Below are positions 12,224-23,242 of a DNA stretch of 64,000 nucleotides, one piece after another. This DNA is from Octopus sinensis (lineage: Eukaryota). The notes below the pieces were generated by a model. The model searched no databases. It saw only the letters and a list, made by a program, of their open reading frames with translations, and was not told where the DNA came from. Numbering within the stretch: position 1 is the first letter of the stretch; each line of letters starts with the position of its first letter. The position numbers and the translations under genes are program-made. The stretch lies in the NCBI RefSeq assembly GCF_006345805.1, contig NC_043004.1:50778001-50842000 (forward strand), in the 5' to 3' direction.

Positions 12224-14950
12224 CACTTTCCCTCCCAACAACCCCTTCTCCCCTCCTGATAGGCTCCATCCACCCACACCTAACCCCACTGCCCCTGCCA
12301 ACAACCCCCCACACACCTTCCCAATCCCTTCCCCTCAGACCTCCACCAGCCCTACCACTACTCCTACTCCCATTCCATCCACCCCTCATACTTCTATTCC
12401 ACCCACCCCGTCTCCACTTCCGTCTGTTGTTACCATTCCCCCTGATCTTCCCCTCTCTGCGGCGGAACGCTCCGTCCTTAGTAGGAGTCTGCGTTTCATC
12501 CCCCTCACTCCATCCTGTAAGGAATTCCAGACGCGAGCTGATGTCCACAGCTTTGTGCGCCGCGTCCGGTTGGGTGCGCATTTCCGCGACTCACCACCCG
12601 CATCCAGCGATGAGGACTGCTTCACTGACCTGGGCCGCCGACCATCCCCGTGGACGCCTGTCCCCGGCCAGTTCCTAACAGTGGATCTTTTCGCGGGCGC
12701 CTGTCAGCGTGCGTTGGAGCGGTTCAACTTCTCCAGGCGCCACCGCCACCTCAACATCTCCCCGGCCGAGCTCTCGGCCCTTCGTTCCCTCCAACGGCGC
12801 GCTGACATTATCATCAAACCGGCTGACAAGGGTGGAGCTGTGGTGGTGTGGCGCGCGGACCTCTACAGGGCCGAGGCTCTCCGCCAACTCAATGACACCT
12901 CCTTCTACTCCCCACTGTCCTCTAACCCCACACGTAGCTACCAACAGACGGGTCCTCTACTGTCCACGACCTCATCTCGTCCTCCCGTCTCCTCCACACC
13001 GCATCCAACCTAATTGTGCGCACCCCACGCACCCCCACCATTTACTTCCTCCCCAAAATCCCCAAACCCAACAACCCTGGCCGCCCCATCGTCTCCGCCT
13101 GTAACTGCCCCACGGAGCTCATCTCTAAATACTTCGACCGTGTCCTTGCCCCCCTAGTGGCGTCTCTTCCCTCCCACATCCACTATACCAACCATGCTCT
13201 CCGGCTTTTCAACTCTTTCTCCTTTCCTCTCGGCTCCTCCAAACTCCTCTTTACAATGGACATCCAGAGCCTCTATACCGTCATCCCTCACCACGAAGGA
13301 CTGCGGGCACTTCAACACTTTCTCGACCTCCGCCCCAACCCTGAACCTGACACCTCCACACTCATTCGTCTGGCCGAACTTGTCCTTACTCTCAACTGCT
13401 TCTCGTTCGCGGGCGAGTTCTACCAACAGTTCTCGGGAGTGGCCATGGGAACGCGAATGGGCCCCAACTATGCGAACCTGTTCGTTGGCTATGTTGAGCC
13501 CCAAATATTTTCTAATTTCACTGGTCCCACTCCTGAACTATACGGTCGTTACATTGACGACATTATCGGTGCCACCTCTGAACATCTAGATTCCTTCCTC
13601 TCTTTCGTTCAATCCTTCCATCCAGCCCTCCACTTCACTTCCACTATCTCCAACACCTCTATCTCCTTCCTCGACATTTCGGTCAGCATTCATCACTCCA
13701 CTCTTACCACCTCCATTCACTACAAACACACAAACTCACACTCATACCTAAACTTCTCTTCCTCCCACCCAAAACACACCAAGCTTTCTATCCCCTATTC
13801 CCAATTCCTCCGTCTACGTAGGCTCTGTAGTGACTTTGAGACTCAGTCTCAACGCATGGCTCACCACTTCATACCCCCTCACCACTTCATACCTCCTCAC
13901 CACTATCCACACCGCTCTTGCCAGAGCACGTTCCGTAGACCGTGCATCTGCTCTCTCCCCCCGAACCTGCCCTGTAGTCTCCCGCCTCCCTTTTCCCCTC
14001 ACTTACCACCCCACGACCCTACCTCTCCACCGCACCATTCTTCGAGCTTTCCGGCATCTCCAGTCCGACCTGTCCACTTCACACCTCTTCCCTAACCGAC
14101 CCCTCCCCTCCTTCAAACGAGCCCATAACCTACGGGACCTTTTGGTCCACAGCTCCTTCCCTGACCCTACCTCCCAACCTGGCTCGTTCCCCTGCTCCCG
14201 CCCACGTTGCCGCACTTGCCTTTACCTCTCCAACACCACCCTCCTCACTGGCACCCCTTCCCTCTTTCTCTCTGCTCCCTCACTCCACTTCTCTCTCCCC
14301 CTCCCTCCTCTTCTCCTCTTTCATTCTCCCCCTCTTCCTCCCCCCTCATCTCATATCACCCTCCCCCTCCTCCTTTCCTTCTCCTCCTCACTCTCACCTT
14401 TCCCCCTTCTCCCTCCTCCCTCCTCTTCTCTTTCCTTTTCTCCTCCTCTTCCCTCCTCCTCCCCTCTTCCTCTCTTCCTCCTTCCTTCCTTCGTCTCCCC
14501 CTCCCCTCCCCTCTCCCCTTCATCTCCTCTCTCTACACTACACCATACGACATTACACATCACATCATACATACATACATACACACGTCCAGACCTCTCA
14601 TACGCACTGTCTGTGTATGAGAGAGTTCTCATACACAGACACACCCTTATGTTGGAGCGAGGTCATTCAACCCTTTTATCTCCCCTATTTTCGCTCTTGC
14701 GTCTCACGTTTGATCTTTGACTTCTGGCCGGAATCAGATCGCCATGTTGAATCGCTAGCTTCTGCACGCATTTTTTTTCTCTCCTTGTTTCTTTCCGTGT
14801 TTCTTTTTTGTGTATCTTTCTGTTGAAGAGCGTAGGCTCGAAACGTAAAAGACTTGTTTTATTTATATTCCTGAGCGCCATACTAATACAATTGTTTGTT
14901 TGTATTCCACCTGCCTTCGTCTTTTGTTTATTTTCATAAAGCTTCCCGTT
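12224..14950 (+). mobile_element. Penelope-like retroelement (Neptune-like), RT largely retained but frameshifted, GIY-YIG mostly lost
   Basis: IIIKPADKGGAVVVW, PGRPIVSAC, MDIQSLYTVIPH, GVAMGTRMGPNYANLFVG, RYIDD, FLDI, and FPCSRPRCRTC (CxxC linker). Flanked on both sides by (TA)n. The 3' end carries a hammerhead motif. Confidence 0.92.
14815..14852 (+). ncRNA. Minimal type I hammerhead-like motif (A6U core change, extra A)
   Basis: tcttt CTGTTGA A GAGC gtag GCTC GAAA CG TA aaaga: 5 bp stem I, 4 bp stem II, ACGU palindromic stem III. Confidence 0.7.
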
Positions 14951-15397
14951 ATATATATATATATATATATTATGTGTGTGTGTGTGTTTGTCATCTCCAC
15001 CCACACACCCACAGTTTGACAACTAGTGTTGGTGTGTTTAAGTCCCCATAACTTAACGGTAAGGCAAATATGCTTTACAGAAAAAAAAAAGTACTAGGGT
15101 CGATTTATTTGACTAAAATTCTTCAAGGCTGTGCCCCAGCATGGCCGCAGTCTAATGACTGAAATAAGTAGAAGATAAAAGATTAATTGAAAAAAAAAAA
15201 AAAAGGCGTGTTCCGGAAAACAAGGTCAGATTGAACGAGTGACACCAGGATATAGATTATGAAGTTGTTTACTTCTGAAGTAAAATGTCATAATAACACT
15301 GAGGGCGGATTTCTCAGAAATGGGTGAAAACCATTTTGTTTTTTCTTTTATTTGATTTTTCTACTTTTTTTTTTGCAAACAATATGCAGATGCATAT

Positions 15398-15561
15398 AGG
15401 CGCAGGAGTGGCTGTGTGGTAAGTAGCTTGTTTACCAACCACATGGTCCCGGGTTCAGTCCCACTGCGTGGCATCTTGGGCAAGTGTCTTCTGCTGTAGC
15501 CCCGGGCCGACGAATGCCTTGTGAGTGGATTTGGTAGACGGAAACTCAAAGAAGCCTGTCG

Positions 15562-15654
<93 letters not shown>

Positions 15655-15872
15655 CGTGTATGTTTGTGTTTGTTCCCCTAGCATTGCTTGACAACCGATG
15701 CTGGTGTGTTTATGTCCCTGTAACTTATCGGTTCGGCAAAAGACACCGATAGAATAAGTACTGGGCTTACAAAAAGAATAAGTCCCGGGGTCGATTTGCT
15801 CGACTAAAAGGCAGTGCTCCAGCATGGCCGCAGTCAAATGACTGAAATAAGTAAAAGAGTAAAAGAGTATGC
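15398..15872 (+). mobile_element. SINE family A, full length with internal (TA)n expansion
   Basis: Head-to-tail match to 3998-4406. Confidence 0.9.
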
Positions 15873-15958
15873 AATAGCTACCAGTTCAAAGCTCCATCTA
15901 CCGTACACCAGCAGGCTTATGGGGCCATCATGAGAAAGCGCGCGCCGTTTATATATAT

Positions 15959-16173
15959 AAAATTATAAATTAGGGTATCTGAGAGATACCACCACGCTGA
16001 AATAGCAGTCAAAACTTGACCCTAAAGCCACCGGTAAGGTTTTGACAGCTATTTCAGCGTAGTGGTATCTCTCAGATACCCTAATTTATAATTTTAAATA
16101 ATTATTACCTTTGTAAGGCTTTTATTCCCATGCTGGCCACTTGATAAGATCGATATTTAAATATCGATCTTAT

Positions 16174-16175
<2 letters not shown>
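15959..16175. repeat. Inverted repeat (~58 bp arms) plus a perfect 32 bp palindrome, flanked by TA tracts
   Basis: 15959-16016 is the reverse complement of 16039-16095 (2 mismatches). gataagatcgatatttaaatatcgatcttatc lies at 16143-16174. Confidence 0.9.
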
Positions 16176-16213
<38 letters not shown>

Positions 16214-16844
16214 CTTGGAAAAGGATGCGTGGCATTCGATCATATAATAATATGAATAATATATAAATATATGCATACATACATACATATATGTACATAC
16301 ATATATACGATGGGCTTCTTTCAGTTTCCGTCTACCAAATCTACTCACAAGGCTTTGATTGGCAAGTAGAAGACACTTGCCCAATGTGCCACACATGGGG
16401 ACTGAACCTGGAACCATGTGGTTGGAAAGCAAGCTTATTACCAGACAGCCGCGCCTAGACTTCACCCAGTATTCTAGCTATTCCTCACCGTCTCCTTTCT
16501 AACCAAATCCGGTGCCTTACCTTCTCCACTGTAGCCTCGCTATCACTCATGATGCTATTTGCTTCACTATGCGTTGGGCTTAGGCACGAGAACCAACCAA
16601 TTCGACCCGATTTACTACTTTCTTTTTCTCACACAAATAACAATATCTGGTTTCTTCATAATCGGAATGCGGAGTAAATACACATGCGCGCGGGTACTAT
16701 TTAAGAAGTGTGGTCCCGGTGCGCGCACTCGCGCACTCGCACATCCGCGCTAGCTAGTCGTGACTAGTCGATCCTTACTTTGTGTTTTTGTGTTTTATTT
16801 ATTTTGTTTAAAAAAAAATATTTGCTCTGTGTTTTTGTGTTTTA

Positions 16845-17125
16845 CTCTTACTCTTTACTCTTTTACTTGTTTCAGTCATTTGACTGCGGCCATGCTAGAG
16901 CACCGCCTTTAGTCAAGCAAATCGACCCCGGGACTTATTCTTTGTAAGCCCAGTACTTATTCTATCGGTGTCTTTTGCCGAACCGCTAAGTGACGGGGAC
17001 ATAAACACACCAGCATCGGTTGTCAAGCAATGCTAGGGGGGCAAACACAGACCCACAAACATATACACACACATACACACACACACACACCACAACCACA
17101 CACACATATATATATTATATATATC

Positions 17126-17164
<39 letters not shown>

Positions 17165-17170
17165 GACAGG
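16845..17170 (-). mobile_element. SINE family A, 3' portion
   Basis: Reverse complement of the family A body and tail. Confidence 0.85.
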
Positions 17171-17639
17171 CTTCTTTTTTACTCTCTCTGGAAAAAAGTT
17201 TATGGACCAGCTTCATCTACGGTTGCCCCACTCCAGAGCAAGGGTGGCACAGAATTATTGATGTACATACATACATACATACATACATACATACATACAT
17301 ACATACATACATACATACATACTACATATACAACGGGCTTATTTCAGTTACTGTCTACCAAATCAACTCACAATGCTTTGGTCAGCATGGGGCCCATAGT
17401 AAAAGACGTGTTAGCTCTCCTGATGGCGGGTGCCTAACTAGTTGAATAATAGAGGGCATTGCGCAATATTAAGGTTCAGAGATTCATCTTTTCCTCTTTT
17501 CTTGCCAAGACATCGGCCAGTATAGACGTGATCTAATTTGGCTCTCGCTCACGACATGCTAGCTAGCAGACAGGAGGCAACACACAGAAGCGCATGGCTT
17601 CCACGCATCAAACCATTTTCGTTTGTAATTATATATATA

Positions 17640-17830
17640 TATTAGAAGAAATGAGGTAATCAGAAGATCGGATGGTTTATATTTACAGATATTTATTTAT
17701 ATATTACATTTTTTACATATATATCATATCACTGAGATCATTAGCGCTTTCTCCCATTCTAGTGGGGTTTTCAAATCAAAATAATTCCTTTGTGGGGAAT
17801 TCTAATCATTTTATACAGTTTCGTAGTGGT
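17640..17830 (-). mobile_element. Probable Penelope-type 3' terminus with degenerate U3-A8 hammerhead motif
   Basis: Minus strand reads TTGAAAA cccc actagaat ggga GAAA GCGC TA, then runs into (TA)n. Stem I is poor. Confidence 0.45.
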
Positions 17831-17900
17831 GGGGAGGAACAAGACAGCACAAGAGGGTGAGGTGGATGAGGAGGAAGTGAGAGAGAGAACATGTGTGTAT

Positions 17901-17947
<47 letters not shown>

Positions 17948-18220
17948 CGTTTGTATCTGAGGCTAAAGAGAAAGAGGGGAAGGGAGAGGGAAGAAGAAGG
18001 ATTTCCTTTGGTCTGCTGGACTCCAAGGGGGTTCTAAGAATTTCAGCTTTGACCACTTCAGTGTCACTGAGTGTGTGGTGGTGGGTAGGCAGGCAGGCCA
18101 TGAATTACACCTTTTATCATTTTGAGGATGGTCAAATGCCGTTTGGGGTCTAAGAACTCTTTCCACTTTTTATGATCGTTTTGTGGAGGTGTGTGTGTGT
18201 GTGTGTGTCTGTGTGTCCGT

Positions 18221-18271
<51 letters not shown>

Positions 18272-18947
18272 TGTGTGTGTCTCTGTGTGTTTGGAGAAGG
18301 GGAGGGAGACAAAAAGACAAAAGGGAAAATAAAATAAAAATAAAAATAAGGGAGGAAGGGGAAAAACATTTTGTGTTGATATTTATACCACTACATATAT
18401 ATACACAGACTTATATATGAAATATTTGGAAAAAAACCTTTTATTGGTTCAAAATGAACAACCAAATTACACCATCTTGAAAATTGTATATCATAGGAAA
18501 GTTAAAATTAAAGTGACAATTAAAAAGTAAAGATGGAAGTAAATTATAAAAATAATAATATAATGTATATAACAGGCAATATATATATATATACACACAC
18601 ACATATATATATACATATACAGACATATACTAAATATTCTACTATATTAGATTGTAAATCGAAAGATGTGTCCTTCAATGTCACTATATATATATATACA
18701 TGCTTACACATGAAATATTAGAAAAAAACCCACCTTCTATCGATTCAAAATGAACAATCAAATTACACCATCTTGAAAATTGCATATCATAGGAAGGTTA
18801 AAATTAGAATGACAATTGGCAAGTAATGTGAATTTGTCTGTTAACAAAAACCCCAGAGATGGAGCCGTGTATCTTTGTTGGAAACCGGCTCCCTCCTCAG
18901 TGGAAGATTTATAATAATTAAAAGTAGAAGAGTCATACAATCATACA

Positions 18948-18980
<33 letters not shown>

Positions 18981-19610
18981 GATGGTTGCTTCATAGTCAG
19001 ATGATAGCCGTCTCACATTTCGCCTGGCAATTCTGATTTACTTCCATCGTTAAATGGGCACGTTTAACCATCGCTCTTAGGACTTTATGAAATACAAAAC
19101 AGATAAAAAAAAAATGGAATGATAGTGAGACATCTGTACGTCATTAGATTTGGGTGACAAAAACTTAGCACCACACTTTTTCCTTGCTCTCGGTCGCCAA
19201 ATTAGGATCCAGTGACAAGCATTGCAAGATGACCAGTACTGTTTCGACTTCGAGTTTTATGTCAGACTATTTTTCTCCAAGAAGAACTGCCTTCCTTCCC
19301 CACAACTTTATCGAAAATGACGGGAGCCTCCTAAAACTCCTGGGTATTCTATTTAACCCATCGATGGAATCCTGGGAAGTGCTACAGTTCGGGTTAGAAG
19401 GACCTGGTGTAATGGTTATTAGAGGGTGACTCCACGCTCCTCACAACTCCAGAACTCCCGAAGTGGAGCCTCAGTCGTGGATGCAGTTTAATGTCATCCC
19501 CAGGACATGCATACATGCATACATGCATACATGCATACATACATACACACATACATATATATATATATATAGTATAATATATATAATATTATATATATAA
19601 TATATATATA

Positions 19611-19641
<31 letters not shown>

Positions 19642-20251
19642 CATACAGATATATATATTACACACACCACACACATGTATATATACTACATGTATATGGG
19701 GGTGTGTGTATGTGTGTGTGTGTGTGTGAGTATGTGTGTGTGTAGAGAGAGAGAGGTGTGGTGTGTGTGTGGGCATATATACATACAAATATGGCGAGGA
19801 ATAACATTTATTTAAAGCTCAAATTGACACCAGTCGCTTTCTCATATATCGCGGCTTCGCTGAATGGAGGGACAGATGAAGCGGAAGCGGGAAACCTAAG
19901 TAGAGACTCAGTCAAGTACATCTGTAAATCTGTGTGTGTGGTGTGAATGTGTGTGTATATATATGTATATAGATATATGCTATGATATATATATATATAT
20001 GTATATATATATATGATATATATATATATATATAATATATATATCTATATATAATATATCTATTATATATATGTATGATATGTATGTATGTATGTATGTA
20101 TGTATGCAAAGTTTGTAAGTACCAATGCATGATACTCTTGGTCCTTGAATCACTCTGTTGCTTCTGCTAAATATTAGTAAAAATATCCATATAATCATAT
20201 CTTTTGAGTTCTAGTTTTACTATATGCATCTCCATACTTTATACATATAGA

Positions 20252-20290
<39 letters not shown>

Positions 20291-20319
20291 AGAAAGAGAG
20301 ATACAGATATATATATATT

Positions 20320-20548
20320 TCTTTACTACCCAAAAGGGGCTAAACACAAAGGGGACAAACAAGGACAGACAAACAGATTAAGTCGATTATATCGACCCCA
20401 GTGCGTAACTGGTACTTTATTTATCGACCCCGAAAGGATGAAAGACAAAGTCGACCTCGGCGGAATTTGAACTCGGAACGTAACGGCAGACGAAATACAC
20501 CTACGCATTTCGCCCGGCGTGCTAACGTTTCTGCCAGCTCGCCGCCTT
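20320..20548 (-). mobile_element. SINE family B, monomer
   Basis: Full head and body, reverse complemented. Confidence 0.88.
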
Positions 20549-21212
20549 ACAGATATATACAGCTATATATACACACACATACACACATATATATGCATAT
20601 AAGTATATATGAAACATAATGCATGTATTTCTATAATAAGCGTTTAATCTATTTCCCTCAGTACCATTTGTCCCATCCCTTCATCGTAACTGTTAGCTTC
20701 CTCTCAACCCTAACGGACAAATCTTTCGTCTTTTCCCGAAGACCGTTATATTTGTAATCGCATTTTTAAAAATCTTTAATGAATTGAAACTTCGTTTAAA
20801 CATTTTAAGTTTTCCGCTTGTGAAGCGATACAATACTAATTTCCCTCGGTTTGTGATAGCACGTACCACTTCACTTTCATAATTTCCTGGCCTTAATACT
20901 AAAATTATAAAATATTTGTGTTCTTTATTCGTGTAATTAATATAAGTAATATAGGGATTGAACTTCCTGTCCATTTATTTTCTGCTTATTTCTTTTTTCT
21001 TAATGCATTGTTTGTGAAATAAAGCTGCTCGGCCTAATCATTGAGGGATGTTGCACACACACACACTCTACATCGTATCGATAGCGGTTTCGATTCTCGC
21101 ACAGAGCGTGTATTGTTTTCTTGAGCAAAATACTTTATGTAATTAATATTTAAATAGAATTATATCTTAACTAATATCGTTACGACAATACATCGCCTTT
21201 TTTTTTTTTTTA

Positions 21213-21612
21213 ATCAGAAATTTTGAATATTAAAGGTTTCTAGTTACTTCTTGCATGTCTCTGTGTGCATATATACATATTGGAACATTCAACCCCCACT
21301 AAGTGTGGCTAAGTGTACCGAAGCATATACATTATGTGTGTGTCTCTTTCTTTCTGTCTCACTTTCTTCTTACTCCTATTTTTTTTAGTTTGCGGATGAG
21401 TTCCATCTATTCATTTTGGTTTGTGGTAAGCAGCTTGTTTCCCAACCACAAGGGTTCGGTGTGATTGTGTGATGCCTTGGGCAAATGTCTTAGTGCTATA
21501 GCCTCGGGCCGACCAGAGCCTTGTGAGTAGATTTGGTTGACGGAAACTAAAAGAAGCCCGTCGTAAATAAATAAATATATACATATATGTGTGTGTATGA
21601 GAGTGTGTGTGT
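21213..21612. repeat. ~400 bp direct duplication of 24460-~24870
   Basis: Near-identical by eye over the first ~365 bp (one substitution plus repeat-length differences). Includes the Tc1 TIR end, flank and a SINE A head. Confidence 0.92.
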
Positions 21613-21849
21613 TTAAACAGTTTTTAAAATGTTTTTGCGTCGCGTGTCTTGGAACCAATTACCGACACAAGTTGAGATATGCTTATATCTAGATATTAAA
21701 TTCTAAATTACACTGAAAGTAAACAAAATTTGCTTTATAAACGTTGAGATATATTGAAAGATACAGATAGGGAAATAATTTATATTCAAAAGCAGAATAA
21801 TACTATTAGATCAGGATAACCAAGTTTGCCACCAACCAGCCAGCCAGCA

Positions 21850-22050
21850 GACTCGAACTCACAGACCTGTGTTTACCGGTCCTAGTGTTTTACCATTAAG
21901 CTAAACTGCCTGGTGACGAATTAATCTGCAATTTTGGGATTTATAAATCTAGCTTTATCAGTTTAGCTTAATGGTAAAGCACTATGATCGGTAATCACAA
22001 GGTTGTAAGTACGAGTCTCACGGCTCCCGGGTGGTAAATTATTCTGCAAT
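21850..22050. repeat. Inverted pair of tRNA-like units, ending at (TA)n
   Basis: 21850-21908 is the reverse complement of 21959-22017 (diverged). The unit has an A box (tagcttaatggtaaagc) and a B-box-like segment (gagttcgagtc). Confidence 0.7.
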
Positions 22051-22269
22051 ATATATATATATGTATATGCATAAATATATACATATACATACAATGAGTG
22101 TGTGTGGTAAGGAGCATGCTTCCTAATCACCTGGTTCCGGGTTCAGTCCCACTGCGTGGCACCTTGGGCAAGTGTCTTCTATTATAACCTCGGGCGGACC
22201 ATTGCCTTGTGAGTGGATTTGGTAGACGGAATCTGAAAGAAGCCGGTCGTATATATATATAGATATATA

Positions 22270-22322
<53 letters not shown>

Positions 22323-22389
22323 ACAGTAAATCATAAATCCGAAAGAGAACCACACTCTAAGGTATAGAACAGAAGTGTATTTAGATAAA

Positions 22390-22551
22390 GATAGTTAAGA
22401 CCGATTCATAGAGTTACCCAGGGTTTCGCGTCCATAAAGCGTTTAGCTTTACATACGCCACCGGCCATTGGGGTCTGACGAGACGTATGTAAAGCTAAGT
22501 GCTTTATGGACACAAAACCTTGGATCGCCCTATGAACCGGCCATAACTATC
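22390..22551. repeat. Diverged fold-back (~68 bp arms) with hammerhead core in the loop
   Basis: 22390-22457 is the reverse complement of 22484-22551. ctgacga lies at 22475-22481. The left arm read on the minus strand preserves GAAA CCCTGGG TA. Confidence 0.75.
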
Positions 22552-22587
22552 ATTCTGTATACATATATATATACATACATACATACA

Positions 22588-22657
<70 letters not shown>

Positions 22658-22662
22658 ATATA

Positions 22663-23046
22663 TATAAGTATATGAAAGAATGGAGTTGAACGACTAGTTA
22701 ACAAGTATCCTTTATTCTCGACATATGTTTTGAAGGCTGCATATTCCTAATTCCGAAGGAATAAGGAGTACATTATGCAGATTTCTCGTCAGGAAAATCA
22801 AGGAACTTATGTCGACATCAAAATGCACAAAAACCATTATCGCCATGGGCTCCTTGAGAGCGGTCAGCTTAGAGTTTTTTGTGCATTTTGATGTCGACAT
22901 AAGTTCCTTGATTTTCCTGACGAGAAATCTGCATAATGTACTCCTTATTCCTTCGGAATTAGGAATATGCAGCCTTCGAAACATATGTCGAGAATAAAGG
23001 ATATTTGTTAACTAGTCGTTCAGCTCCATTCTTTCATATACTTATA
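22663..23046. repeat. Fold-back element, 171 bp arms, 42 nt loop, carrying mirror-image hammerheads
   Basis: 22663-22833 is the reverse complement of 22876-23046, with 3 transition mismatches. Confidence 0.95.
22905..23001 (+). ncRNA. Type I hammerhead ribozyme with extended stem II
   Basis: tccttgattttc CTGACGA g...c GAAA CATATG TC gagaataaagga. Stem I pairs 11/12, stem II includes ctgcata/tatgcag, stem III is palindromic (ACAUAUGU), and the cleavage triplet is GUC. Confidence 0.88.
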
Positions 23047-23198
23047 ATTTTAAAATAAACATACAAATTTCCGCACGAAGACACGTAATCTATGCCCTAG
23101 GGACGAAGCTTCAACCGTGTTCTTTCTGATGTGAATTTGCTACCCAGGTATCGGTTATCTTTCGAATTATCCTTAATAAGATAATTCATTCAATTATT

Positions 23199-23238
<40 letters not shown>

Positions 23239-23242
<4 letters not shown>

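Noticed and set aside
16680-16770. TATTTAA box within a small CpG-rich patch, promoter-like
   Set aside because: No downstream gene or transcript evidence; such motifs arise easily by chance.
18415-18830. Tandemly duplicated ttgaaaa...gaaagtta string resembling a U3-A8 hammerhead
   Set aside because: No stem I pairing, weak stem II and a non-palindromic stem III.
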